The notes beneath the pieces were generated by a model. It was given only the letters and a program-made list of their open reading frames with translations, was not told the origin of the DNA and did no database searches. From NCBI GenBank assembly GCA_963805975.1, contig CAWDVR010000004.1, positions 160,001 to 224,000 of the forward strand: DNA of 64,000 bases. Direction: 5' to 3'. The stretch comes from an uncultured Acidobacteriota bacterium. GTDB lineage: Bacteria; Acidobacteriota; Thermoanaerobaculia; Multivoradales; SZUA-115. Shown here piece by piece: positions 31,887-40,995 of the stretch. Numbering within the stretch: position 1 is the first letter of the stretch; each line of letters starts with the position of its first letter. Made by a program: the position numbers and the translations under genes.

Positions 31887-33178
31887 AGGGCGGCGCGGCA
31901 GGGGGCAGGACCGGGGTGGGTAGGACGGGGGTGGGCGAGGTGCTGGCCGCGCTCTCGGCGCAGGGCCTCGGCGAGGTGGAGGTCTTCGCCAAGACGGCGC
32001 GCAGCCGGCACTACGAGCTCTCCGTCACGGGCGAGACCGTGTGCACCAGCGAGGAGGCGGGATGGGCGGTGCGGGCGAGCGACGGCCTAGGCTCGTTCTT
32101 CCTCGCCGCGACGGGCGCGCCCACGACGGCCTTCGCCTGGCCGAAGCCCGAGGGCCCGGCCCTCACTCTCCCCGAGCCGGTGGCGGCCCCGCCGTGGAGC
32201 GAGCCCAAGGATCTGGGCTCCGCGCTCCTCTCCGAGCGGGAGGGCCTGGGCTTTCTCGCGGCGCTGGCGCGCGAGCTCGAAGCGGAGGCACCGGGCTCGC
32301 GGCTCCTGGGCGCACGGCTCGACGACGGCGGCAGCGAGAGCCGCATCGAGAACAGCCGCGGCATCGCCGTCTCCTGGCGCAACCGTCTGGCGGCCTTGCA
32401 TCTCGAGGCTTCGAGCGCCGACGGCGCCACCGCCGAGCTGGCGGCCGCCGAGCGCGATGCGCACCGGTTCAACGCCAAGGCGCTCGCCCGGCGCCTGGCG
32501 GACCGGCTGATGGTGGCGGCCGGCCGGCCCGTGGAGCGGGACCGCGGCGAGCTGCTCCTGGCGCCGGCGGTCGCCGCGCGCCTGCTCGCCGGCCTGGTGC
32601 CGCTCTTCCTGGGCGGCGGGGCGCGCTCCCGGCTCGAAGCGCTCGCCGGCCGGCAGGGGAAGGTGGGGAGCGCCGCCCTGACGCTGATCGACGACGGCCG
32701 CCTGCCCGGTGGGGCGCTCGAAGCGCCGGTGGACGGCGCCGGCTCGCCGGCCCGGGAGACGGTGCTGATCGACGCCGGGGTCCGCGGCCGGGTGCTCGAG
32801 GGCCCGGGCACGCTCCGGCGGCCGGGCTGGCGGGACCTGCCGCGGCCGGGCATCAGCCACCTCTACCTCGCCCCCAGGTCCCGCGCCTCGGTGGCCTCGC
32901 TCGTCGCCCTCGTGGCTCGCGGCTACTACTTCATCGACGCCCCGGGCCCCGGCACCTTCGACCTCGAGCGCGACTTCTTCCACCTCCCGGTGCGCGGCTT
33001 CGCGCTCGAGGCCGGCGCCGCGCACGCCCCGGTGGCCGGCGTGGCGCTCACCGGCGCCGTCTCGTCCTTCCTCCACGGCCTCCAGGCCACGGCGCGCGAC
33101 CTCTCCTTCCTCCCCCTCGCCGGCATGGTGGGCTCGCCGACGCTGCTGGTGGCGGGGTTGGAGGTGGTGGCGGAGTGA
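31883..33178 (+). CDS. pmbA: PmbA/TldE-family non-catalytic subunit; start may be a later GTG
   Basis: IENSRG, G.KVGS..LTLIDDG, PVDG.G, GSPTLLV..L.V; GTGA overlap with tldD. Confidence 0.75.
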   Translation: MKGGAAGGRTGVGRTGVGEVLAALSAQGLGEVEVFAKTARSRHYELSVTGETVCTSEEAGWAVRASDGLGSFFLAATGAPTTAFAWPKPEGPALTLPEPVAAPPWSEPKDLGSALLSEREGLGFLAALARELEAEAPGSRLLGARLDDGGSESRIENSRGIAVSWRNRLAALHLEASSADGATAELAAAERDAHRFNAKALARRLADRLMVAAGRPVERDRGELLLAPAVAARLLAGLVPLFLGGGARSRLEALAGRQGKVGSAALTLIDDGRLPGGALEAPVDGAGSPARETVLIDAGVRGRVLEGPGTLRRPGWRDLPRPGISHLYLAPRSRASVASLVALVARGYYFIDAPGPGTFDLERDFFHLPVRGFALEAGAAHAPVAGVALTGAVSSFLHGLQATARDLSFLPLAGMVGSPTLLVAGLEVVAE

Positions 33179-33185
33179 GGAGCGC

Positions 33186-33641
33186 TCAATCCCGACCGGA
33201 ACGCTCGGAATCGGTGGGGCCGGAGTCGGGGTGCGGGAGGGCGAGAACCTCGAGGCCGTCGATCCCGGCAAAGTCCCCAGGATTGACCGTGTACAGCGGC
33301 AGGTTGTTGGCGAGCGAGGTCGCGGCGATCAGCGCGTCATAGGCACGGGCGGCTGGATTGCGGCCGGCGCGGCGTAGCGACGCCGCGACGCGACCGAAGG
33401 CGCGAGCCGCCGCGGCGTCGAAGCCGAGCGGCTCGAAGTCCGCCTCGGCTTGCTGGAGATGCGCCAATCGCCGGGCTCGCTCGGTCTCGGTCGTCGCGAC
33501 CAGGGGACCGACGGTCAGCTCGGCAAGCGTGATGGCCGAGATCAGCGGAACGTCCGGCAGGAGACCTGGGTCGCTGAGGCGCGGCAGAAGGATCACGGTG
33601 CTCGTGTCGAGCAATCCGGCGGGATGAGAAGGTCTGCTCAT
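33186..33641 (-). CDS. vapC: VapC PIN-domain toxin
   Basis: LLDTSTVI, ISAITLAEL, DALIAAT, LYT.N..DF PIN acidic residues. Confidence 0.93.
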   Translation of the reverse strand: MSRPSHPAGLLDTSTVILLPRLSDPGLLPDVPLISAITLAELTVGPLVATTETERARRLAHLQQAEADFEPLGFDAAAARAFGRVAASLRRAGRNPAARAYDALIAATSLANNLPLYTVNPGDFAGIDGLEVLALPHPDSGPTDSERSGRD

Positions 33642-33874
33642 CGAGCGGGGTCCACCGCTGCATCGACGTCGTTCCGGAACCTCACCGGGTCTACCGGCGG
33701 AAGACGGCGCCATCGCTCCACGAGAGTGGCTCGGTCGAGACCACGCCGCCGTAGCGGACGAAGCTCGGCCACGGGAGTACCGGAGCGTGTGATGGTGACC
33801 GACTCGCCGCCCAACACTCGCTCCACGACTTCACCACCGTGGTTTCGGAGCTCACGGATGCTGATCGGGTTCAT
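33638..33874 (-). CDS. vapB: Phd/YefM-family antitoxin (VapB)
   Basis: ISIRELRN..GEV...V..GE.V.ITR.G.PVAEL.P; ATGA overlap with vapC. Confidence 0.9.
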   Translation of the reverse strand: MNPISIRELRNHGGEVVERVLGGESVTITRSGTPVAELRPLRRRGLDRATLVERWRRLPPVDPVRFRNDVDAAVDPAR

Positions 33875-33880
33875 GGCACC

Positions 33881-33897
33881 ACGGTATCACGCCGTGA
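33881..33897 (-). promoter_or_regulatory. Extended -10 promoter and adjacent palindrome for the vapBC operon (leaderless)
   Basis: TGa-TACCGT 6 nt before ATG 33874; palindrome TCACG-C-CGTGA at 33887-33897. Confidence 0.5.
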
Positions 33898-33910
33898 GAC
33901 GCCGGCGCCT

Positions 33911-35008
33911 TCAGGCCGTGGTCCAGATCTCGGCCAGGGCGCGGCGGAAGTTGCCGCCCAGGATCTGCTCGACCTCGGCGTCCCTGAAGCCCCGGCGCAG
34001 GAGGCCCGCCGCCAGGTCGTAGGGCCGCCGGCTGTGGCGGAGCCCGCGGATGTCGTAGGCCTCCCGCACCCGGCCGGTGGCCGGATCTCGGGGGTCGAGG
34101 TCGCAGTCGCTGCCGATCCCCAGGTGCGCGGCCCCCACCAGCTCGGCGACGTGCACGAAGTGGTCGAGGAGGTCGTCGAGCGTGCTCCCGGCGAACGCCC
34201 GCACCGTCGTGATCCCCATCACCCCACCCCGGCGGGCGAGGGCGAGGATCACGCGGTCGGACTTGTTGCGCGGGTGCGCCGCCAGAGCGCTCGAGTTGGC
34301 ATGGGTCACCAGCACCGGCCGATCCGAGCAGTCGATCGCTTCGAGAGTGGTGCGTTCGGAGCAGTGCGAGACGTCGACCGCGATCCCCACGCGGTTCATG
34401 GCCGCGACCATCTCGCGCCCGAGCCCGGTAAGGCCCTCGTCTCTTGGGTCGCGGCAGCCGGAGCCCAGGCGGCTGCGCCCGTTGTAGGTGAGCTGCGAGA
34501 CCCGCTGGCCGAGGCCGTGGAAGAGGGCGACGTCGTCGACGGTGCGAAAGTGCTCGCTGCTCTGGAAGCCGATCAGGATGCCGATCCGCTGCTCGCTCCG
34601 CGCCCGGTCGAGGTCGGAAGCGGAGAGCACCGGCACGAAGTAGCCGGGCCGGCCGCGCAGGAGCGCGTTCCAGTCTTCCGTCCAGCGCAGAGCCGCCTGG
34701 TGGGGCTGCGGTGAGTTGGGCTCCACCGCGGGGTGGAGCACGCTGACCCCGGAGGCGAGGAGGCGCTGGAAATCCGCATCGCTGAACGCCGCCGGATCGC
34801 GCTGCCAGGAGTAGAGGCGGGGCCAGTCGAGGGTCAGGAGCCCCAGCATGTCGATGACCGTGGCACGCTCCACCAGGGCGGCGGCACGGGTGTGCTCCGG
34901 CGAAGGGGTGTCGGAGGTGCGTGTGGCGGCGCGGAGCGGTCCGGCGACCCAGAGGCCACCTCCCGTGAGCAACCCGGCCCGGAGGATCTCGCGCCTAGTC
35001 CACATCAA
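33911..35008 (-). CDS. Tat-exported membrane dipeptidase (peptidase M19)
   Basis: TRREIL twin-arginine signal; QLTYN, VDVSH, THAN, HPRNKSD, GIGSD, ILGGNF motifs. Confidence 0.88.
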   Translation of the reverse strand: MMWTRREILRAGLLTGGGLWVAGPLRAATRTSDTPSPEHTRAAALVERATVIDMLGLLTLDWPRLYSWQRDPAAFSDADFQRLLASGVSVLHPAVEPNSPQPHQAALRWTEDWNALLRGRPGYFVPVLSASDLDRARSEQRIGILIGFQSSEHFRTVDDVALFHGLGQRVSQLTYNGRSRLGSGCRDPRDEGLTGLGREMVAAMNRVGIAVDVSHCSERTTLEAIDCSDRPVLVTHANSSALAAHPRNKSDRVILALARRGGVMGITTVRAFAGSTLDDLLDHFVHVAELVGAAHLGIGSDCDLDPRDPATGRVREAYDIRGLRHSRRPYDLAAGLLRRGFRDAEVEQILGGNFRRALAEIWTTA

Positions 35009-35229
35009 CGAACCGGTGTGGAAGACTCTCCCCCCATATCCCCCACCCCGGGTTTCGTTGCTCAGTAGCCCCGCACGGGCTACACTTCTGCTTCAGCAAC
35101 CACAGAGACTCGGATAGATCGTGCCGCTCATTCATTCCTGCTGTTCCCTGACTCCCAAATTGGCGGTTCGTCGGGTCAGTAGGTCTACGAGTGCTCGCGA
35201 CCATTTGTTGTGCTGAAAGGAGCGAATTC

Positions 35230-35748
35230 ATGAACAGGAAGCTCGATCGCCTCGTGATCTGTTGCAGCGCCGCCCTGCTGGCCGCGGCGCTCACCGCCTG
35301 TACGCCGAAACCCGCGCCGCCGCCGGAGCCGGAGTGCACCGCCGACTCCGGCTGCGCGGTCGGGAGCATCTGCCAGGAGGGCAAGTGCCAGGTCGCGGCC
35401 TGCACCCGCGAGTACGCCCCGGTGTGCGGCGCCGACGGCAAGACCTACGGCAATGCGTGCGAGGCACGCGCCGCCCATGTCGAGGTGAGCCACCAGGGAG
35501 AGTGCAAGGTGGTCTGCGGCGGCATCCAGGGCAAGCCGTGCCCCGACCCCGCGACGCAGCTCTGCGACCTCGATCCCGGCATCTGTGGCGGTGCGGACCT
35601 GACGGGCACCTGTGTCGCCAAGCCCCAGGTGTGCACCGAGGAGGTCGCCCCGGTGTGCGGCTGCGACGGCGTGACCTACGGCAACGACTGCAAGCGCCTG
35701 CTGGCGGGAGCGCAGAAGAACCACGACGGCGAGTGCGCCGCCAAATAG
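35230..35748 (+). CDS. Cys-rich lipoprotein with two Kazal-type protease inhibitor domains
   Basis: RBS AAGGAG; lipobox LTAC; CTREYAPVCGADGKTYGNAC..GEC and CTEEVAPVCGCDGVTYGNDC..GEC. Confidence 0.88.
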   Translation: MNRKLDRLVICCSAALLAAALTACTPKPAPPPEPECTADSGCAVGSICQEGKCQVAACTREYAPVCGADGKTYGNACEARAAHVEVSHQGECKVVCGGIQGKPCPDPATQLCDLDPGICGGADLTGTCVAKPQVCTEEVAPVCGCDGVTYGNDCKRLLAGAQKNHDGECAAK

Positions 35749-35781
35749 CGGCTGGAGCTCGCGCCCGCCGGCCACGGGAGG

Positions 35782-36708
35782 TCAATACCCGTCGCCGGCG
35801 GGCTCTACTCTGGCACGCGCGGAGCCGGCGAGAAGCTCGCGGGTGACCGTCACCACCTCGACCGCCACCGGCCCTCGGCGCGGACCGATGTGCACCTTGC
35901 CGGCCGGCGCGGGTGCGGGCTGGCCATCGATCGAAGCCTCGGCGGCCACGACCTCGCCGCCGCCCGCCAGGCGGACGCTGTAGCCCACCTCGCCGCCGGC
36001 GGCCCGGTCGCCCAGCTGGACGGCGGGCCGGCGTGCGAACAGCTCCTCGCGGGTGAGGGGCGGCTGGGCGAGAACCTCGGCATCGAGCCGCCGGGCGAAG
36101 GGGAGCACCGCCTCACTCAGGGAGCCGTGGCCGCGGAGGCGGAAGACGACGTTGGAGCGCAGGAACCACAGCCTCCTCTCCGGGCCGCTCCGCGGCACCA
36201 CGAGGAACGCGAGGTCGCCAAGCTCGGCGGGCCGTTCCGCGGCCTGATAGAGCCGTGCCAGGTCGCCGACCATCATCATGTTGTCCGCCAGCTCCGAGAG
36301 CAGCAGCTCCTGGGCGGCCTGGGCGCTGGGGGTGAGGGTGATCTGGAGGTCCAGGGAGCCGGTCGAGGGAGATTGCCGCCCTTGCCCGAGCGCGTTCCAC
36401 GACCACTGGCACCGGCCCCACGGCTCGTCGCCGAAACGGATGGCGGTGCAGGCGCGCACCTCGCGCAGCCCCTCGGGCGCGCCGAAGAGCGCGCGGTCCA
36501 CCGCCGGTGCCACGTAGAGACCGGCCGGTCGCCGCCAATCGCTGGCCCCGAGCTCGTCGGCCAGAGCCTGGGCCCGTGCGGCGAGCGGCGGCTCCACGCG
36601 CATGGTCTCGAAACGAAACGGGCTGGCGGTGGTCTGCCCCGCCACCGGCAGGGCGAGCGCACCACCGAAGAGGGCAAGCATCGGAAGAAGGATCCGTCGC
36701 TGGTTCAT
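35782..36708 (-). CDS. Secreted hypothetical protein
   Basis: RBS GAGGTG; Sec signal peptide; 24 nt downstream of the 768-aa lipoprotein gene. Confidence 0.75.
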   Translation of the reverse strand: MNQRRILLPMLALFGGALALPVAGQTTASPFRFETMRVEPPLAARAQALADELGASDWRRPAGLYVAPAVDRALFGAPEGLREVRACTAIRFGDEPWGRCQWSWNALGQGRQSPSTGSLDLQITLTPSAQAAQELLLSELADNMMMVGDLARLYQAAERPAELGDLAFLVVPRSGPERRLWFLRSNVVFRLRGHGSLSEAVLPFARRLDAEVLAQPPLTREELFARRPAVQLGDRAAGGEVGYSVRLAGGGEVVAAEASIDGQPAPAPAGKVHIGPRRGPVAVEVVTVTRELLAGSARARVEPAGDGY

Positions 36709-36732
36709 CGCGCACCTCGGGCCAGACGGAGG

Positions 36733-39039
36733 TCAGTAGACGGTGAAAGCGTAGACCGTGGGCGTTCCCGGGTTCGAGACCGGGAGGTTGTCGATCACCC
36801 GCGTGCGGTAGCTGGCGTTCCAACTGTCGTCGCCGTCGAGATCCCGCGGCGTGCCGGCGGGAGCGTCGTCGGGATCGGCGTCGGCGTCCACCTGGCCGCC
36901 CGAGCCGTCGTAGATCTGGCCGGCGAGCAGGGTGAAGGCGTGGTTGCCGAACCCGCAGCGGTTCTGAGCCGGCCCGTTGTCGCCCGGGACGATCGGGTTG
37001 GGGTCGCAGCCGCCGTCGTAGAAGGGGTTGTTGGTCCAACCGCGACCGATGGCGTTGATCAGGTTCAGATAGCCGAAGGGATTGGTGTAGACGTACTCGG
37101 TGCCGGCCCCGAGGGCATTGGCGAAGACCACCACCGACTTGCCCATGTCGTAGCAGTTGACGACGCCGATGCTCGCCGTCGAGTAGTTGGCCAGCCACTG
37201 CGTGAGGTTGAACTGAGCCGTGGTGCCTCCCGTGTACGCGGAAGAGCCCGAGACGGTGTCGTACAGCCCGCCGGCGTTGGTGTAGAAGTCCTGCCAGATC
37301 GCCCGCGTGGCCGCTGCGGCAGTGGTGGTTCCCTGGGCCAACTGGGTGGCGACCTCGAGCGCCCCCACCCAGGGCACCGCCTGCGGCGCCTGGGGTGGGG
37401 CGAGAACCGTGTAGAGATGGTGCTGCCCGGTGTGCCCCAGGGTGAGCGTGGTCATGCCGGACAGGTATTTCCAGTCCCAGGTGAAGAGGGTGCGCGCCAC
37501 TGCCGCCGGTGGGGTGTTGACGGGGAAGGTCGCCTCGCCGAAGCCGCCGGCGAAGTTGACCGTCACCGGAGAGCCGGCGCTCGCGAGGCCACCCAGCCCC
37601 CCTTCCGCCCAGACCTGGGCCGTGGTGATGGCCGGCGCGGCCGCGAACCGCACCCGCACCGAGTGGCCGCCGCCCATCACCCACGCCGCCGGCTTGCTCG
37701 CCTGCCCGGCCGAGACGTACTCGGGCGCCGTCACGCTGGCGGCGGCGACGTGGTCGTAGAGCTGGATGGCGCCGGAGCCGGCGTAGTTGAAGGAGATGGT
37801 GTCCACCCGCAGGTCGGCGACGGTGAAGCCCACCGGGTCGAGCGCGTCGATCAAGTCCGTGCCCGCGGTGTAGAGGCCATCGTGATTGAAGTCGAGCACC
37901 ACGTCGTACTGGCCCACGGTCAACGGCGCGGCCCAGGCGAGGGTGTTCCAGCAGTTGCCGCAGATGCCGTTGACGGTGATCTGCTCGATCGTCCCGGTGA
38001 GGTCGGTGAGCGAGGTGTTCACTGTCCACTGGGCGTCCGTCTTGGCGGCCACGATGTAGACGTCGGCGGTCTGGCCGATGAAGGAAGGCTGGAGCAGCGG
38101 ATCGACGCCGACGTAGACGTTCTCGTGGGTGAGGAAGGCGCTCCGGAAGCTGAACGGGCTCGCCACCGAGCCGGCGACGTCCATCTCCAGGGGCTCGGCC
38201 ACCCCCGGCCGGCGCTGCACCACGAAGCCCGAGAAGCTGCGGTGGGACACCACGTCCAGGGCCTCGGCCACCGGGTTCGTGCGATAGGTGCCGAAGGGGT
38301 AGGCCACCACCTCGGCGACGATGTCGTACTTGCCGAGCGAGGTCAGCCCCCGGGGCCACAGGCGCCGCCGGAACTCGGTCTGGCCGGGTGCGAGCTCGAT
38401 GAGCGGCGGCATCTGGTAGCCCCACTGGCTGGTGCGGTCGGTGAGCGGCTCGCCGTCCCGCCAGTCGGAGTCCTCGGGCACCGCCCACAGGCGCAGCAGG
38501 CTGCCGGCGGGAAAGTTGCGGCCCACCACCCAGACGTCCTCCTCGCCGATCAGGAAGCCGGTCTTCGAGCAACCGCGGGCGTCGGCGGCGAAGAGCACCG
38601 GCCGCGTGAGCTCGGCGGCGACACGGAACGAGGTGCTGCGGACCACCCGGCCTTCCCGGGCTACCGTCAGGGTGTAGGTGCGATCGGCAAGCGTGGCATC
38701 GATCAAGGCGCCCTCGCCCTGCCAGCAGGGCAGGGTGCCGATCGAGTACCAGAGCACGGTCTCCGGCACCCGCCCCAGCGCGTCCGTCGACAGGCGATTG
38801 GCCACCATCACGCGGCCTTCCTGGTCGGCGACCGTCACCTCGTAGCCCTGCCGGGGCTCGAGGCCGGAGAGCTCGACCAGCAGCGAGTCGTGCATCTGGA
38901 GCTCGGAGACCGCCGCACCGGAAGCGTCCTTGAGCACGATCGGCGGCGATTCCGGCGGCCGCGGCGGACGGAGGCAGGCGCAAGCGCCGGAGAGGAGAGC
39001 GGAGCCGAGCAGCAGCAGGGCGAGCGGAGATCGGTTCAT
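36733..39039 (-). CDS. Large lipoprotein with beta-sandwich N-terminal domains and a C-terminal transglutaminase/papain-like domain
   Basis: Lipobox-like LSGAC; VNCYDMG (Cys), FGNHAF (His), IYDGS (Asp) in catalytic-triad order; strong GC3 codon bias. Confidence 0.7.
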   Translation of the reverse strand: MNRSPLALLLLGSALLSGACACLRPPRPPESPPIVLKDASGAAVSELQMHDSLLVELSGLEPRQGYEVTVADQEGRVMVANRLSTDALGRVPETVLWYSIGTLPCWQGEGALIDATLADRTYTLTVAREGRVVRSTSFRVAAELTRPVLFAADARGCSKTGFLIGEEDVWVVGRNFPAGSLLRLWAVPEDSDWRDGEPLTDRTSQWGYQMPPLIELAPGQTEFRRRLWPRGLTSLGKYDIVAEVVAYPFGTYRTNPVAEALDVVSHRSFSGFVVQRRPGVAEPLEMDVAGSVASPFSFRSAFLTHENVYVGVDPLLQPSFIGQTADVYIVAAKTDAQWTVNTSLTDLTGTIEQITVNGICGNCWNTLAWAAPLTVGQYDVVLDFNHDGLYTAGTDLIDALDPVGFTVADLRVDTISFNYAGSGAIQLYDHVAAASVTAPEYVSAGQASKPAAWVMGGGHSVRVRFAAAPAITTAQVWAEGGLGGLASAGSPVTVNFAGGFGEATFPVNTPPAAVARTLFTWDWKYLSGMTTLTLGHTGQHHLYTVLAPPQAPQAVPWVGALEVATQLAQGTTTAAAATRAIWQDFYTNAGGLYDTVSGSSAYTGGTTAQFNLTQWLANYSTASIGVVNCYDMGKSVVVFANALGAGTEYVYTNPFGYLNLINAIGRGWTNNPFYDGGCDPNPIVPGDNGPAQNRCGFGNHAFTLLAGQIYDGSGGQVDADADPDDAPAGTPRDLDGDDSWNASYRTRVIDNLPVSNPGTPTVYAFTVY

Positions 39040-39170
39040 CGCGGCACCTCGCGATTGGGGGCGATGCGTTGGTACCGAGGATCGGCGTTCGGCCCTGGCG
39101 CCGCGTTACAGGGGGGCCGCTCCAGGCGAGGAGCAGTCGAGACCGCGACGCCGAAGCGGCGGGATCTCCG

Positions 39171-39887
39171 CTAGGGTCCGACCGCCGCCGCGATCCGGCG
39201 CTGGATCGCCTCGGCCGCGGCTTTGCGGTCCGGGGCGTTCTTGATCGGGCGGCCGACCACCAGGTAGTCGGCGCCGAAGGAGAGGGCCTCCTCGACGTCC
39301 ACGGTGCGCTTCTGGTCGTCGGTCTCGCGGTTCACCACCGGGCGGATGCCTGGCACCACGATCAGGAGCCGGTGGTCCAGCCGGTCGCGCAGGCGCTCGG
39401 CTTCGAGACCGGAGGAGACCACGCCGTCGCAGCCGATCTCGAGCGCGCGCCGGGCCCGCGAGAGGACGAGCGCGGGCACGTCGGTCGCAAAGCCCAGGTC
39501 TTCGAGATCCCGCTGGTCGAGGCTGGTGAGGACGGTGACGGCGAGGATCTTCACCTCGCCCTTCTCGCGGCAGGCGGCCTCGAGGATGGCGTCGTTGCCG
39601 TGCACGGTGGCAAAGGTCACTCCTCGGCCGCGGAGCTGGCGGACGGCCCGGCCCACGGTCTCCGGCACGTCGAAGAACTTGAGATCGACCATCACCCGCT
39701 TGCCGCGGGCGGCCAGCCACTCGACCAGGCCGAAGTAGTCCCCGGCCATGAACAGCTCGAGGCCCAGCTTGTAGAAGACGGCGGCGTCTCCCAGCTCCTC
39801 GACCAAGGCCTTGGCTTCCTCGACGCTCGGCACGTCGAGGGCGACGATCAGCCGCTCGCGGGGTGGGATGTCTTTGAAGAGGGACAC
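39171..39887 (-). CDS. pyrF: Orotidine-5'-phosphate decarboxylase
   Basis: LIVALD, YKLG, DLKFFDVPETV, VTVLTS, PGIRP, DDQKR, VVGRPI. Confidence 0.96.
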   Translation of the reverse strand: MSLFKDIPPRERLIVALDVPSVEEAKALVEELGDAAVFYKLGLELFMAGDYFGLVEWLAARGKRVMVDLKFFDVPETVGRAVRQLRGRGVTFATVHGNDAILEAACREKGEVKILAVTVLTSLDQRDLEDLGFATDVPALVLSRARRALEIGCDGVVSSGLEAERLRDRLDHRLLIVVPGIRPVVNRETDDQKRTVDVEEALSFGADYLVVGRPIKNAPDRKAAAEAIQRRIAAAVGP

Positions 39888-39923
39888 CGCGGGCAGGATA
39901 ACATCCGGCTCCGGAGGTTCCAG

Positions 39924-40995
39924 ATGGAGCTTGGCATCGTCGGCCTGCCCAAGGCCGGAAAGACCACCCTGTTCAACACCTTGACGGCCTCGCATCTCGC
40001 GACCGACAAGTTCGTGTCCTCGAAGAAGACCAACGTCGGCGTGGCCGGCGTGCCCGACCCGCGGCTCGAGGCGATGCGCGACCTCTTCAATCCTCGGCGC
40101 TACATGCCGGCGACGGTCACCTACGTCGACGTGCCAGGCATCAACAAGGGCGACGGGCCGGAGAGCCTGGATCTCGGCCGAGCTCAAGAACGTCGACGCG
40201 CTGGTGCACGTGGTGCGGGCCTTCGAGGACCCGGAGATCCTGCACCCGGACGGCGCGGTGGACCCGGCGCGGGACATCGCCACCCTGGACCTCGAGCTGA
40301 TCCTGGCGGACCACAGCCTGATCGAGCGGCGCATCGACCGCCTGGACAAAGCCGTGAAGCGCGGCCTCACCCCCGAGGAGAAACGGGAGCACCAGCTCCT
40401 GACGGAGATCGTCCTGCCCTGTCTCGAGGCCGAGCGGCCGCTGCGCACGCTCGAGCTCGCCGCGGACGACGAGCGGCGGCTGCGCGGCTTCCAGCTCCTC
40501 TCGGCCAAGCCGCTTCTCGCCGTGGTCAATGTGGACGAGGCCCGGGCCGGCGAGGGCGAGGCGGTCGCCGCCGGGCTCGCGGTGGGCCCGGGCGTCAAGC
40601 TGCTGGTGGTCTCGGCGCCCATCGAAGAGGAGATCTCGCGCCTGCCGCGCGAGGAGCAGCGCGACTTCCTGGCCGAGCTCGGTCTCGCCGAGCCCAGCCT
40701 CGACCGGCTCCTGCGGGCGAGCTACGGCCTCCTCGGGTTGCTCTCGTTCTTCACCGTCGGCGAGGACGAGGTGCGGGCCTGGACCATCCGCCAGGGCACG
40801 CCGGCCCGCCAGGCGGCGGGGACCATCCACTCGGACCTCGAGCGCGGCTTCATCCGGGCAGAGGTGGTGGGCTGGGAGGAGCTGCTGCGCCTGAAGACCC
40901 TGGCCGCCTGCCGCGACCAGGGCCTCTTGCGGCTGGAAGGCAAGGACTACGTGGTGCAGGACGGGGACGTCCTGCACGTCCGCTTCAACGTCTAG
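39924..40995 (+). CDS. ychF: Redox-regulated ATPase YchF, +1 frameshift at about 40176 (probable sequencing error)
   Basis: GIVGLP..GKTTLFN, VPDPRL, DVPG in frame 1; VHVVRAF, FFTVG.DEVRAWTI, AAGTIHSD.ERGFIRAE, RLEGKDYVVQDGD in frame 2. Confidence 0.92.

Noticed and set aside
31904-31936. Imperfect 15-bp tandem duplication (GRTGV x2) at the pmbA 5' end
   Set aside because: Only two copies; probably a local duplication near or upstream of the true start, with no evidence of phase variation
39080-39111. Possible ECF-sigma promoter (TGTAAC-N17-CGCC) upstream of the 768-aa lipoprotein gene
   Set aside because: The -10 match is too weak to support in GC-rich DNA
35890-39174. 1094-aa plus-strand ORF and 956-aa alternative minus-frame ORF over the lipoprotein locus
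   Set aside because: Antisense or out-of-frame shadows of genes that have signal peptides and normal codon usage
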